A stretch of DNA of 64,000 bases, taken from a bacterium (GTDB lineage: Bacteria; JAHJDO01). The notes beneath the pieces were generated by a model, which saw nothing but the letters and a program-made list of their open reading frames with translations, made no database searches and was not told the DNA's origin. The stretch lies in assembly GCA_043824255.1 (NCBI GenBank), contig JBDRTG010000043.1, positions 68,472-132,471 of the forward strand, in the 5' to 3' direction. Of this stretch, positions 39,911 to 51,113 are shown piece by piece. Both the position numbers and the translations under genes were made by a program. The stretch's first letter is position 1. Each line of letters opens with the position of its first letter.

Positions 39911-40581
39911 AGGTTCTGTGCCCTAACTAATTTCCTTTCTGCAAGAGAAAGGAATTCCCCTACAAAATTATCTGTTTCTATTGATAACACTCTCAGCTGG
40001 TTTGAGAAGAAATTGTATGCAACAAGAGCCGGGATTGCTACTATCAGTCCTGCTACAGTTGTTATCAGTGCCTCAGCAACTCCTGGAGCAACAGTTCCTA
40101 TACTTGCAGTTCCCTGCAAACTGACCTGCAGGAAGACATTGAGTATGCCCCATACAGTGCCTAACAATCCTATAAAAGGGCTGACTCCTGCAGTTGTTGC
40201 AAGAAATCCTAAAAATCTCTCGAGCTTGAAGAATGAATCACTAACTGAACTTAACAGTGTTTTCTCTACGTATTTTAAATCTGAGGCAGTAATATTCTCT
40301 CCTATAGAATTAACTTTCTCACACCCTTGTTTATAGACTTGAAATACAGGAGAAAACTTGTACTCTTCAGTGCTTTTGATAGACAGATTAAACACAGTTT
40401 CAGAAGAAGAGTTTCTGAATATTCTTAAGAATTGTTTAGACGTTCTTTCTGCTTTTCTAATTGCCCCGAATTTTATGATGATTACATACCAGGCTACTAC
40501 AGAAATTGCAAACAATAAAAGCACAATTATTCTCCCAACCCAGCCTGAATGTTGAAATGATAGAATCAAATTGCTACTCAT
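39907..40581 (-). CDS. tolQ: TolQ/ExbB/MotA proton channel
   Basis: SPFIGLLGTVWGI, VAPGVAEALITTVAGLIVAIPA. Confidence 0.88.
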   Translation of the reverse strand: MSSNLILSFQHSGWVGRIIVLLLFAISVVAWYVIIIKFGAIRKAERTSKQFLRIFRNSSSETVFNLSIKSTEEYKFSPVFQVYKQGCEKVNSIGENITASDLKYVEKTLLSSVSDSFFKLERFLGFLATTAGVSPFIGLLGTVWGILNVFLQVSLQGTASIGTVAPGVAEALITTVAGLIVAIPALVAYNFFSNQLRVLSIETDNFVGEFLSLAERKLVRAQNL

Positions 40582-40883
40582 TGCTCTTAATACTCCTTCT
40601 AGATGACAATAAAAATATACTATAAATTGTCATAACACACAAGTAAGTAATTTTATGACAAAAAGTGTATGTGTCCAGCCAGCACAAGTATTTGACAGAA
40701 ATGTGTATAGTATGCGACAATTAGACAAATAAATTTAGAAATCGAAGAGGTGGGATACGAAAATGTTAAGATTTTTTAGAAGATTCAGAGGATTCATCTT
40801 TGTAGGGACATGTGGATAATCGGACACGTATCTTAATCAGCGAACTGTATTAAAATATTCTTATAAAATAACAGGAGGATAAG

Positions 40884-43800
40884 ATGAGAAAAGGTATAGT
40901 TGTTGGGTTGGTTGTTTTGGCTGTTTGTAGTTGTTTAAGTTTGCTAAATGCAGAAGAAAAAGGCAAGAATCTTGCTCCCAATGCATCCTTTGAACAGGGA
41001 GAAGGGAATAAAGTAATTGGCTGGGCTTTCTGGGCCTGGGCACCTAAAGGAGTGAAAGCGACATCCAAAGGCATCTGGGATAATACGGTTGCTCACACCG
41101 GCACCCATTCCTTGAAGATTCAGGGTACTGAAGCCAAGCAGGTAGGTGATTGGGATAATAAGCACGGCGGGGAACTTATCCCGGTAGAGGAAGGGAAGGT
41201 ATATACGGTCTCGGTCTGGATTAAGACACAGACTATTCCCAATGAGGGCGTGGTAAAGAGATTCGGAATCGGTTTTTATGATGAGCAGAGCCAGGGGCTC
41301 AAAAAAGGTGGCAAGACTTATAAGCCGGATTTAACCGGAGAGAATGACTGGACTCAGGTGCGTTTTTTTATCCGTACCCCGGAGAAGGCTAAATTTGCCA
41401 GGATAGACTTCTCCTTTGACGGTATCGGAAGCGCCTGGTTCGATGATGTGGAGGTGATAGAAACTTCCTCTTTATCAGATCAGAGGCAATGGGAAGAAGG
41501 GGTAATCAGCTTTAAGGCACCCGGTCTCAACGTTGCCCTGGGCAAAACCTACGAGTGGAATGTCAAGCCCACGTATAAGCATTGCAGTGATTCTGATGAT
41601 GCCAAGCAGCTTACAGACGGGAAGTACGTGCCTGGATGCAATTGGACCAAAGAAGGAACGGTGGGCTGGAACCAAATGAGAGAATTGCTCTCCATCACCA
41701 TTGACCTCGGGCAGGTGGAGCCGATCACCGGCCTGTCTTACAACACTACTGCTGGGAGCGCAGGCATCTACTGGCCCAACGCAATCGTAATTCTTGTCAG
41801 TGACGATGGCAAGACTTTCTATAATGCGGGCGAGTTGACCGAGCTCTCCGCCCTTCACGCTGCGGTTCCAGTCAGTGGCGTTCACCGCTACTATACCGAT
41901 CGGTTAGCGACCTATGGACGGTACGTGCGTTTGCTGATTAGCGCCTCATCATACATCTTTTGTGATGAGATCGAGATCTATCGGGGCGATGACAAACTTC
42001 TGAAGCAGTCACATGTCGGGTCACCCGTAACCGACGTAAAGCAGTTTATCTTAAAGAATGCCACACGCACGGGTATCCGTAAGCGTATGCTGGGGGACAT
42101 CGCCGATATGAAGAAGAGCGTGGCCAACTCAAGCCTGTTGCCTTCGCAGAAACAGAACTGCCTTAAGAGACTAAAGGAGCTCATTGAGCCGGTAATGAAA
42201 CTTGAAATTGCCAACGAGAAAACGTTTCGCTGTATTCTGCCACTGAATTCTCTTCACGCTGAGGTGTACGCAGTGAATGCGCCGCTCCTGCGTGCGCAGG
42301 GGGTCAAAAACTTCACGGTCTGGCACACATGCCGGTGGGACCCGCTGGCGCCGCTGGACGTTCCAGCAGGACAGACAGGCACACTGACAATCCGCGCAAT
42401 GCGTGGCGAGTATCGCGCTGAGACGCTGAACCTGACCAACCCAGCCGACCGCACCAAGAATGTGCTTATCTCGTTTAAGGGTTTGCCAGAATCTCCAACG
42501 CCGGACTGGATTGAGCCGCATGAGGTCCTTTACACAGATTCATTGTATGGCCGGGTGATTGCTGACGCACTTAAGCCATTGTCACCGAATGGAGGAGCAT
42601 ACAAACTGACAATCCCCGCGGGAATGACCAAGCAGATATGGTTGCGATTCCATCCGACGACAACCCCGCCCGGGAAGTACGAGGGTGAGATTATTCTTGC
42701 CACAGAGACAGTCACCCGCTCCGTGCCCCTGCGTGTCCACATCTCCAAAATTCGCTTCCCGAAGCAGGTACGATGCACCCAGCTGTTGTGTGACTACTCG
42801 GATTCTCCGAGCTACGACTTTAAAATTCTCGGCGACGCAGGAATCGACGTGGCCATCAAGAATATGCAGGAGCATTTCGTGAATCAAACCTGGGCGCATG
42901 CGGGGGCAGCGGCGATTCCTAATGCAGGCTATTATAATGACAAGCATGAACTTATTAAACCCCTGAACTGGGCGCGATTCGACCGCTGGGTCCAGCGCTG
43001 GGGTGGAACACCCCGCTACTACGTGGTGTTCCTTGCCTTCAAAGGGGAGCGCTTTGCGGGCACAACGATGGGAACGTCTGCTTTTGACGCAAGACTCAGC
43101 GTCTGGACGGCCGCCTGGCGAAAACATGTTATTGATATTGGGCTGAATCCCGGAGAAATTGCGGTTCTCGTGTTTGACGAGTATAGCACGGACGAACAGG
43201 CCGCAAATATCCTCGGGTGGGTCAAGCCAATCAAGGCAGGCTACCCGGAGATCAAAATTCTGGAGACCTGCAACCAGGCCCGTCCGGACCAGTCAAAGGT
43301 GCAGGAACTCTACGACATAACCGATATTTTCTCTCCAAGCTTGGCTATCTACGAAAAGGGCGGTAAGCCGGTGGCAGATTTTTACGCCAGGCAGGTGGCC
43401 CGAGGCGCCGAACTGTGGACGTACCAAAACGGCCTTATCGAAAACTCTGACCCTTACTGGCACCATCGTCTGCAGGAATGGAGGTGCTGGAACAACGGCA
43501 TGACTGGTACGGGTTTCTGGGCGTATTGCGATGCGGGAAACGGCGGGTCATGGAATCCTTATGTTACTACCATGCCACGCTATTCACCAGTCTATATCGG
43601 TCCGGGCACTATCATGGATGGAAAACATTGGGAGGCTATCCGTGAGGGCATCCAGGACTATGAATACCTTGCGCTTCTGCGCGACCGTCTGATGGAAGCG
43701 GAGAAGCAAGGTTACTCGGCTGCTCTGATTTCGCGCGCAAAAAAGATTCTTGCCGAAGTCCCCAAGAAGGTCTTCCACGGCGACACGTGGGCTCACGGGG

Positions 43801-43886
43801 TATGGTGGACTCCCAAAGACCGCACCGGCGCAGACCGTGAGATCGCTAAGGTCATGGAGGCACTGGAATCCCTGAACGAGAAGTAA
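40884..43886 (+). CDS. Secreted modular putative glycoside hydrolase (CBM4/9-like, discoidin-like, DUF4091/GH123-like)
   Basis: Signal peptide; NLAPNASFE...AWFDDV; NVALGK..LTDG..IDLG; WEAIREGIQDYEYL tail. Confidence 0.7.
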   Translation: MRKGIVVGLVVLAVCSCLSLLNAEEKGKNLAPNASFEQGEGNKVIGWAFWAWAPKGVKATSKGIWDNTVAHTGTHSLKIQGTEAKQVGDWDNKHGGELIPVEEGKVYTVSVWIKTQTIPNEGVVKRFGIGFYDEQSQGLKKGGKTYKPDLTGENDWTQVRFFIRTPEKAKFARIDFSFDGIGSAWFDDVEVIETSSLSDQRQWEEGVISFKAPGLNVALGKTYEWNVKPTYKHCSDSDDAKQLTDGKYVPGCNWTKEGTVGWNQMRELLSITIDLGQVEPITGLSYNTTAGSAGIYWPNAIVILVSDDGKTFYNAGELTELSALHAAVPVSGVHRYYTDRLATYGRYVRLLISASSYIFCDEIEIYRGDDKLLKQSHVGSPVTDVKQFILKNATRTGIRKRMLGDIADMKKSVANSSLLPSQKQNCLKRLKELIEPVMKLEIANEKTFRCILPLNSLHAEVYAVNAPLLRAQGVKNFTVWHTCRWDPLAPLDVPAGQTGTLTIRAMRGEYRAETLNLTNPADRTKNVLISFKGLPESPTPDWIEPHEVLYTDSLYGRVIADALKPLSPNGGAYKLTIPAGMTKQIWLRFHPTTTPPGKYEGEIILATETVTRSVPLRVHISKIRFPKQVRCTQLLCDYSDSPSYDFKILGDAGIDVAIKNMQEHFVNQTWAHAGAAAIPNAGYYNDKHELIKPLNWARFDRWVQRWGGTPRYYVVFLAFKGERFAGTTMGTSAFDARLSVWTAAWRKHVIDIGLNPGEIAVLVFDEYSTDEQAANILGWVKPIKAGYPEIKILETCNQARPDQSKVQELYDITDIFSPSLAIYEKGGKPVADFYARQVARGAELWTYQNGLIENSDPYWHHRLQEWRCWNNGMTGTGFWAYCDAGNGGSWNPYVTTMPRYSPVYIGPGTIMDGKHWEAIREGIQDYEYLALLRDRLMEAEKQGYSAALISRAKKILAEVPKKVFHGDTWAHGVWWTPKDRTGADREIAKVMEALESLNEK

Positions 43887-43904
43887 CTGAGATGTCTAAG
43901 CTCT

Positions 43905-46853
43905 ATGGATAATATTAAAGACAGGTTTAAAAATCCCCCTAAGGACTACTATCCAGTCCCATTCTGGTTCTGGAATTACAGAATGGAACCGGATGAAATT
44001 CGCCGTCAGATAAAAGAGATGGCCAGAAAAGGAATTGGCGGTGGATTTATGCATGCCCGACCTGGCCGAATTACAGAATATCTATCCAGGGAATGGCATC
44101 AGGCCATAAAAGTTGCTGTTGACGAGGCTAAAAAGCAAGGAATTAAAGCTTGGCTGTATGATGAAGATGGCTGGCCAAGCGGTACTTGTGGTGGAAAAAT
44201 TTTAAAGGAACATCCCTCTTTACGTATGTCAGGATTTTATCCTGTCCAGGAATTTTTGATTAAGGATGGGACCACTCTTAATGAAAATATCCTAATTCCA
44301 GAAAATGGCGAACTCCTTTATATTATTGCATTTTCTCGGGGAAAGGAGAACGTCAAGATTTTGGATTTAACTAAACTTCTCAAAAATGGGAGAATCCATT
44401 GGTCACCCAAGCATGGAAAGTGGTGTATCTTTACTGTAGTTAGAGAGTGGAGCATGAGCGTAGGCTCTGATTATGGTTACTTGGACACTTTGAATCCTAA
44501 AGCGGTTGATAAGTTCATCCAATCTACTTATACAGAATATTCTAAATATCTCTCCAGTGATTTTGGGAAAGTTATTCCAGGAATCTTTACAGATGAACCA
44601 AACTGCAATTACACATTCTATCAAGCAGAGCAGAAAGATTGGAAGAAACGAAAGGTTCTTCCCTGGACACCTATGTTGCCAACCAGTTTTGAGCGTATGC
44701 ATAGATATCCATTTATTGAGGCTTTGCCAGGTCTATTCTACGAGATAGGAAAAAAAACTGCCAAGTATAGAAGCGATTATCATGAGACAATGGTAACCAT
44801 GTACACGAAGGCCTTTTATAAAAAGATTTACGATTTTTGTAAAAAAAACAAACTTCTTTTTGTGGGCCATGTATCTAATGAGGGGGATTTATTTGAGGAA
44901 ATAAAACAGCAGGGTGACTATTTTCAGGTGATGCAATACATGCATTATACAGGAGTAGATTATCTCTTTAGGTTAACCTGGCCTCCACGTAGCGACCCGC
45001 AAATCCCCATTAAATTTTCCAATTTTCTTGTAGCTTTAAAACTAGCAAGTTCTGCAGCACATCTGTTGAATAAACCGAGAGTCCTTTGTGAAGGGTGGGG
45101 ATTAACGGGCTGGGATATAGACTTTAGAGAATTGAAAAGACTGGCTGACTGGGAAGTTGTCTTAGGGGTGAATTTCATTTGTCAGCACGGCTTCTATTAT
45201 TCGATAGAAGGTCAGAGGAAATGGGAATGCCCTCCGGATGAGTTTTACCATGCTACTTATTGGCCGTATTATAAATATTTTTCCACTTATTTATCCCGTT
45301 TATGCTATCTTTTTAGTAGAGGAGTTCATGTTGCAAAAACAGTTATCCTTCATCCCACCAAAAGCATGTGGAGACATATGGGTCCTCAATTTACAAAGAT
45401 GAATAAACAAATACAGGCAGATTTGGAAGAGACCAGCCGGTTTCTCCTTAAACTACACTATGATTTTGACTACATCTCAGAAGAGCTGTTGAGTCGGTGC
45501 AGTATTGAAGACAGCAAATTAGTCTTCAGGAATAACAATAAAGTGGTTGAGGAATATTCTGTCCTTATTATGCCCTGTATTACAACCATTTCATGGAAAA
45601 CGGCCAGGATAATAAATGCCTTTTGCCGGGCCGGAGGCAGGGTTATAGCCACTTCCTGTTATCCTCAAGAATCAACTGAAAACGGGAAAGATAAAAGACT
45701 GGGAAAACTGATGAGGCAGATTTTTATTAAAGACAATCTCGCCGGAGCCTGCCTCATTGACAGCCCCTGGAGAAAGGGGATATCCCCGCTTAAAAAGGCA
45801 CTCGAGAAATACCTTAAACGAGAAGTCAGTATTACCGAGAATGGAAGAGAAATAAAGGATATAATATATCTTCACAGGCAAGAGGGGAAGATACACAGAT
45901 ACTTCTTGGTCAATACCCACAGGACTAAGTCTTTTATTGTAGACATCCATTTGAAAAGCAAGGGTATCCCGGAGACCTGGGATGCCTTTACCGGAGAGTT
46001 AAAATCTCTCCGGCAATACAAACACACAGCAGAAGGCATCGTCGTTAATCTTCTGTTTAATCCGGAACAATCTTTTATTCTGGTTGTGGATAGCGGGAAA
46101 ACCAGGGCATTGAAGCCGGGTCATCAAATCAGTCAAAAAAAAGCGGAGGTTTGCAGAATAAAGCTACCCGAATATTGGGATTTCTCTCTATCCAAGACAA
46201 ATGTATTGCCTTTATGTAATTTTAAATATAAATTTAAAACTTGTCTGCCTATTAAAAAAATGAAGTTACTCATTGATGAAAACATTGTAAAGGAAGGGGC
46301 TGAGGTCTCTGTAAATAAGGCGGTGATAAGTAATTTTTCGCGTGGGACATATCTTGATCCCTATATTTTAGAAGCGCCTGTCCAAAAATATATCAAGGGG
46401 GGGGATAATATAATATCTGTAACTAATTATGATAAGGTTTCCGACGGAGGTCTTTTTTTGACAGGGAATTTTAAGGTAGTAAAAAAGAAGGGCAGGTATA
46501 TATTAACAGCCGAGGACAATAAAATTAAACATGGGTCATGGACAGAACAAGGTTATCCATTCTTTTCTGGAACAGGTGTTTATCAAGGTGAAGTTGATAT
46601 CCCGATACAATTTCTCAAGAAAGATATTTTTATAAAATTTAGTAAAATTGCCAACATGGTAGATATATATGTAAATGGTGTTCATGTCAGTTTTCTGCCG
46701 TGGCCTCCCTTTAAAGCAGACATTTCAAAATTTGTTCATAAAGGAAGAAATAGGATAACTTTAAAAGTAACCAACACCTTATATAACGTGTTATTGGAAA
46801 AGTCCAAACCTTCTGGTCTATTAGGTCCTGTAGAAATAATTATTTTACAATAA
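43905..46853 (+). CDS. Glycoside hydrolase, GH106-like with C-terminal GH2-type sugar-binding domain
   Basis: PFWFWN, WLYDEDGWPSG, IFTDEP, GSWTEQGYPFFSG, SGLLGPV; no signal peptide. Confidence 0.8.
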   Translation: MDNIKDRFKNPPKDYYPVPFWFWNYRMEPDEIRRQIKEMARKGIGGGFMHARPGRITEYLSREWHQAIKVAVDEAKKQGIKAWLYDEDGWPSGTCGGKILKEHPSLRMSGFYPVQEFLIKDGTTLNENILIPENGELLYIIAFSRGKENVKILDLTKLLKNGRIHWSPKHGKWCIFTVVREWSMSVGSDYGYLDTLNPKAVDKFIQSTYTEYSKYLSSDFGKVIPGIFTDEPNCNYTFYQAEQKDWKKRKVLPWTPMLPTSFERMHRYPFIEALPGLFYEIGKKTAKYRSDYHETMVTMYTKAFYKKIYDFCKKNKLLFVGHVSNEGDLFEEIKQQGDYFQVMQYMHYTGVDYLFRLTWPPRSDPQIPIKFSNFLVALKLASSAAHLLNKPRVLCEGWGLTGWDIDFRELKRLADWEVVLGVNFICQHGFYYSIEGQRKWECPPDEFYHATYWPYYKYFSTYLSRLCYLFSRGVHVAKTVILHPTKSMWRHMGPQFTKMNKQIQADLEETSRFLLKLHYDFDYISEELLSRCSIEDSKLVFRNNNKVVEEYSVLIMPCITTISWKTARIINAFCRAGGRVIATSCYPQESTENGKDKRLGKLMRQIFIKDNLAGACLIDSPWRKGISPLKKALEKYLKREVSITENGREIKDIIYLHRQEGKIHRYFLVNTHRTKSFIVDIHLKSKGIPETWDAFTGELKSLRQYKHTAEGIVVNLLFNPEQSFILVVDSGKTRALKPGHQISQKKAEVCRIKLPEYWDFSLSKTNVLPLCNFKYKFKTCLPIKKMKLLIDENIVKEGAEVSVNKAVISNFSRGTYLDPYILEAPVQKYIKGGDNIISVTNYDKVSDGGLFLTGNFKVVKKKGRYILTAEDNKIKHGSWTEQGYPFFSGTGVYQGEVDIPIQFLKKDIFIKFSKIANMVDIYVNGVHVSFLPWPPFKADISKFVHKGRNRITLKVTNTLYNVLLEKSKPSGLLGPVEIIILQ

Positions 46854-46871
46854 CAGTCATCCTGCCCTCTC

Positions 46872-46924
46872 TTGACAACCTCGCGACTATATGCTATATT
46901 TTACATGTAAACTTACATGTAAAA
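46872..46924 (+). promoter_or_regulatory. Promoter and palindromic operator of the regulator gene
   Basis: TTGACA-17 bp-TATATT with extended TG, overlapped and followed by TTTTACATGTAA-AC-TTACATGTAAAA. Confidence 0.8.
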
Positions 46925-46931
46925 TGCTTTT

Positions 46932-48044
46932 ATGAAAGAGAATACTTCAGTATATCAAAAGCTAAAGCTAGATCTTAAGAAGGCTATTATAAACAAAAAA
47001 TTCTTAAGTGGGGACTGTTTGCCCTCAGAGAATAGTTTGGCCAGAAAATATAATATAAGCAGGCCTTCGGTAAGAAAAGCCCTGTTTGAATTAGAAAAAG
47101 AAGCCCTAATATTTAAAAAGCCAGGCAAGGGCACATTTGTTAGAGATAGAATAACAGAATTTATCAAACCTAAAACAGCCCCAGAAAATCTGATTATCGG
47201 TGTTAACTTTAACTTTAATAAATATATTGGGGCAAATTGGTATTATAACCAGCTTATGGGATCTATTATTAGAACAAGTTTTAATTTGGGGTGTACGATG
47301 CAACTTATTTCTAATCTTAATGGCATTACCAGAAATAGAATAGACGGCATAATTTGGGGACTGCCTGCTAGAGAGGAATTTAAAATCATCCATAATATAT
47401 CCAGAGCCGATATCCCGATTATTATAGTCAACAGGACTCCTGATAACAATAATCTCAATTATATAACCACAGATCATAGAGACGCGGTTTTTAGAGGGAT
47501 TGAATATCTGTTTAATTTGAACCATCGAAAGATTTGCTTTATTGGTTCCTCTTTCACTGAATCTCCTAATAGAGAACGTTTAGAAGGGTACGTCGATGCT
47601 TTTGCTAAGAATTCTGTAGAAATAGACAACAATCTTATCTTTGAGGTAGAACCAGCTATTAAAGAGCAGACTTACCAGCAAATTTTTGAGATAATATCTA
47701 AGAATAATTTCTCTGCATTATTCCTGGCAGGAGGTGCTTTTGCTGCTAGTGCTTTAAAAGCCATATATGATAAGGGATTAAAGGTTCCAGATGACATTTC
47801 TATTGTCTGTTTTGATGATATTGAGGGGATTGAAGAGCATCCAGGACCTCCTTTAACCTCAATCAGACAGCCTCTTTCTGAAATGGGTAAACGGACAGTA
47901 CATGGTTTAATAAGTCTAGTTCAAAACAGGCATGCCAAAATTACTGAAGTTATTCCTTCCGAATTTGTAATGAGGGAATCATGTAAAGTGCATACAAATC
48001 AACCAAAGACCGATAAAGTAGTAGAAGGTCAGGAAAGGAGGTAA
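46932..48044 (+). CDS. GntR-HTH / LacI-type sugar-binding regulator (AraR-like)
   Basis: LPSENSLARKYNISRPSVRKAL..GKGTFV, then VPDDISIVCFDD and PLTSIRQP. Confidence 0.9.
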   Translation: MKENTSVYQKLKLDLKKAIINKKFLSGDCLPSENSLARKYNISRPSVRKALFELEKEALIFKKPGKGTFVRDRITEFIKPKTAPENLIIGVNFNFNKYIGANWYYNQLMGSIIRTSFNLGCTMQLISNLNGITRNRIDGIIWGLPAREEFKIIHNISRADIPIIIVNRTPDNNNLNYITTDHRDAVFRGIEYLFNLNHRKICFIGSSFTESPNRERLEGYVDAFAKNSVEIDNNLIFEVEPAIKEQTYQQIFEIISKNNFSALFLAGGAFAASALKAIYDKGLKVPDDISIVCFDDIEGIEEHPGPPLTSIRQPLSEMGKRTVHGLISLVQNRHAKITEVIPSEFVMRESCKVHTNQPKTDKVVEGQERR

Positions 48045-48047
48045 AGG

Positions 48048-50931
48048 ATGTCTATTTTACAAAAGAATAGAGGGGCAAATTTTAGAAAGCATCTAACCTG
48101 TATGATTTTAATTTGTATTTTTTCTTTACTAGTATTTGCAAATGTTTATTCCCAGAAGAAGGACAAGGGTAAAAACTGGGTAATCAACCATGGTTTTGAA
48201 GATGGAGAAGATGGCTGGACATTAAAAGAAGCAGAGGTTATTAGCGACCAGCCATTTTCAGGGAAAAACTGCGTAATTATCAAAGGTGGAGGCTACAATG
48301 TTGCGCTTCAGGATATTGATGTCATTCCTGGAAAAACTTATTATTTCAGCTGTTTTGTGAGAACTTCTAGTAATAAAGATATAAAGTGGGAAGCAGTAGT
48401 GCAAGAGGGCAAGAAGTGGCTTACGCATGCATTTGGGAAGAAACAGCTTAAAAAATGGACTAAAACAAATACTCGCACCTTTGTTCCCAAGGGGAATAAG
48501 ATCCGTGTGGCACTGTGGAATTATAATGGAGATGGTGATGTCTATTATGATGATATAGTCTTGGGATTGGATAAAGGTGAAGATTCTAGTGGGTCTGATA
48601 ATGAAGTCAAGGTACCGGCGAGGGTGACTATGAGAAGCAAAAAAGACTTAAATGTCGCCCTGTGGGCTCCAAAGATAGAATATCAGCCCGGAGAACTTTT
48701 GTTGTTGCGTCCAGCTCTGCCGGGAGTCGATATGGATGGTGTAAAAACGTATGAACTAACTCTCGAACTCCCGGCAGCGCTCAAACAAAAAGAACTCAAT
48801 TTTACAGCGCTTAGTTCAGGCGCGACTGACAGACCGATTAAAAAGCGTAGCCACAAGGTGACCGGTAACACGCAGATTCTGACGTTCCGCCCGGATTTGG
48901 GTTATTATTGGGGTATGAAGGTTATTCCCGGCGAGACATATACGTTTTCGTGTCTGGCCAAAGGTGAGGGCATTGTGGGTGATGGGTTCCAAATATCCGG
49001 CTACTTCCGTGCTGGAACCGGGATTCCTATTACTTGGTATCCTGCCTTTATTCAGTTTGACAAAGGCAGTTATGACTGGAAACCTTTTAAGGTGGAACTG
49101 AAAGCACCTGCTAATGCGGTTTATTTGATGCTAATTGCTATCAAATGGCAGAGAAGGGGCACTTACGGAACGCTGTATCTGGACGATTTGTCTCTCACCT
49201 GTGACAAAGAGCCGGACAAGAACTATATGTTGGCCGGAGATATAGAACATGCCCAAGGCATGCAGTTCCCTGGTAGTGTACCTTTGAAGCCGGTAATAGT
49301 TCCTAAGACAGGCAAGTCTGGGAATTTGGCATTGCGTCTTTCAGGTACCAAAAACCAAATCGATTCGCAGGATTCCTTCTGGCTGCCTATGTCCATGGAA
49401 CCAATATTTATAAAGATGACTGATGTCTACACTCTACCCGCGCAGGTATTTGAGGTGCCTGCTGATTTCAAGGGCAAGCACCCTGTTCGTTGGTCAGTGC
49501 TGACAGACGGGAAGGCGGCATTGAAGGGAGAAGTGATGCTGGTTCCCGCGCCTGACACATCAGGACCCAAGCAAATAGAGTTCTCTATTTGGTTATCAGA
49601 AATGGGTTTTGAAGAGATGCCTCATCTTACTCAAGAAATTTACTTAAAGCGGTTAAAGCGGCTCGGACTGAACTGCATTATGCCGACAATCCACGAGCCC
49701 GCGTATGAGGTGTCGCTTGACGATATCAACTTTACCAATTGGACCGCGCAGTGGGGACGGCGTAATGATATGGCAGTACGTTCTTATCTGCATTTCCTTT
49801 CCCTTCCTATGGCTGCTGCTTACTGCCGTCAGTATCCTGAATACTGGGCTGAAACATGGAAGGGCATAAAAACGCCGGATTATCGCGTTTGTCTGACCCA
49901 TGGGCGATGGGGACAAATACGATGACAAGAAGACTGGAGTGCATGCTGGCAGGGCTAATTTATGGCTGGGGCGTCTGTGCGAATCTATCAAGCGCTCGGT
50001 CAAGATCAATGATCTACAGGGTGTGTACTGGGATTTCGAGATTTCTGCTGTGCCCGTTAGACGCGTTAATCCGAAGCCATACGATCCCCATGCGAAGCGG
50101 CAGGTCTGTGCGTGTTTGCGCTGCCGGCGGGCTTTCAAGGATTACGCCAAACTGGACAGTGTGCCTACGGCAGAGGAATTGGTATCCGATACATACTACG
50201 AACTCTGGAACGATTTTAAGTGCTGGCAGCATACGCGGGTATGGGCGCTCGTAAGGGAGGCAGTACGGGAGGCAAATCCCAAAGCCGACTTCCGCATATA
50301 TTCGGGCCACCAAAGTCCTTATGCCCGCCAGGCATACGGAGTGGACTGGGCCATGGCGGCTAAGGTTATTGATGTTGCGATGAGCGAAAATACACCCGAT
50401 CCTTCTGAACAGTTAGCCAGGTCTCACTATGCGGCTTCCGAGGCCGGCGGCCGGCGCAATCCATTGCTTATGAGTGTCCGGGTTGGTGTCTACACTATAT
50501 ATGAGTCATCTTGGATACGGTCATTACGACCCAAATTGGTTAATCGAATCCTGCAAACAGTGATTGACTGGGATGCGATGGGTGTGACCTTGGTCGGTAT
50601 ATGGGATTTTGATAGCCAGTTCAACGCGCCTGTGCGGGAAGCCAGCGCTATGTTCGCTAAATATGAGAAACTTCTGACCACAGGCAAGCACGACGACAAA
50701 CTGTTATCCGTTATGCCTCAGGATGCGGAATATGCCGCATGGCAGAGCGTTGATAGCAGAAATATTGTAGGGTTCTTCTTCAACAATTCGGGTAAGCCAT
50801 CTGAGATTACGGTACCCAAGACTAACAGTTGGAACAAGGTTAACTCCATTGAGGAAGTAAACTGGACAGGAAAAGAAGCAACCATCACTATTCCTGCGTG
50901 GGGGCGTCAGGTTGTGGAGTTTTCAAATTGA
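48048..50931 (+). pseudogene. Secreted CBM/putative hydrolase gene split by a frameshift (48048-49925 and 49900-50931)
   Basis: Signal peptide and CBM modules. The barrel-like domain is cut at ~49900 and continues in the +1 frame (VYWDFE, IYSGHQ, YGVDW), collinear with the 55627 and 59737 proteins. Confidence 0.7.
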
Positions 50932-51113
50932 TGTCATTAGTCTTTTCGTTAAGGACGTTTTGGATTTCGAACACGCAGCAAGAATTCTTTGCCGTTTGTT
51001 AATAGTGCGTGTGAAGGGAGGAGCTGATTATGAGTGAAGAATCTTTAAGAACCAGAATAATAAGAGGATCCCTCTGGGGGGGAGGCAGACGAAAAAAGGA
51101 GGTCATAGAAATA

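Noticed and set aside
49856..50254. Third-frame ORF at the frameshift
   Set aside because: The 49900 frame carries the motifs shared with the paralogues; this frame does not.
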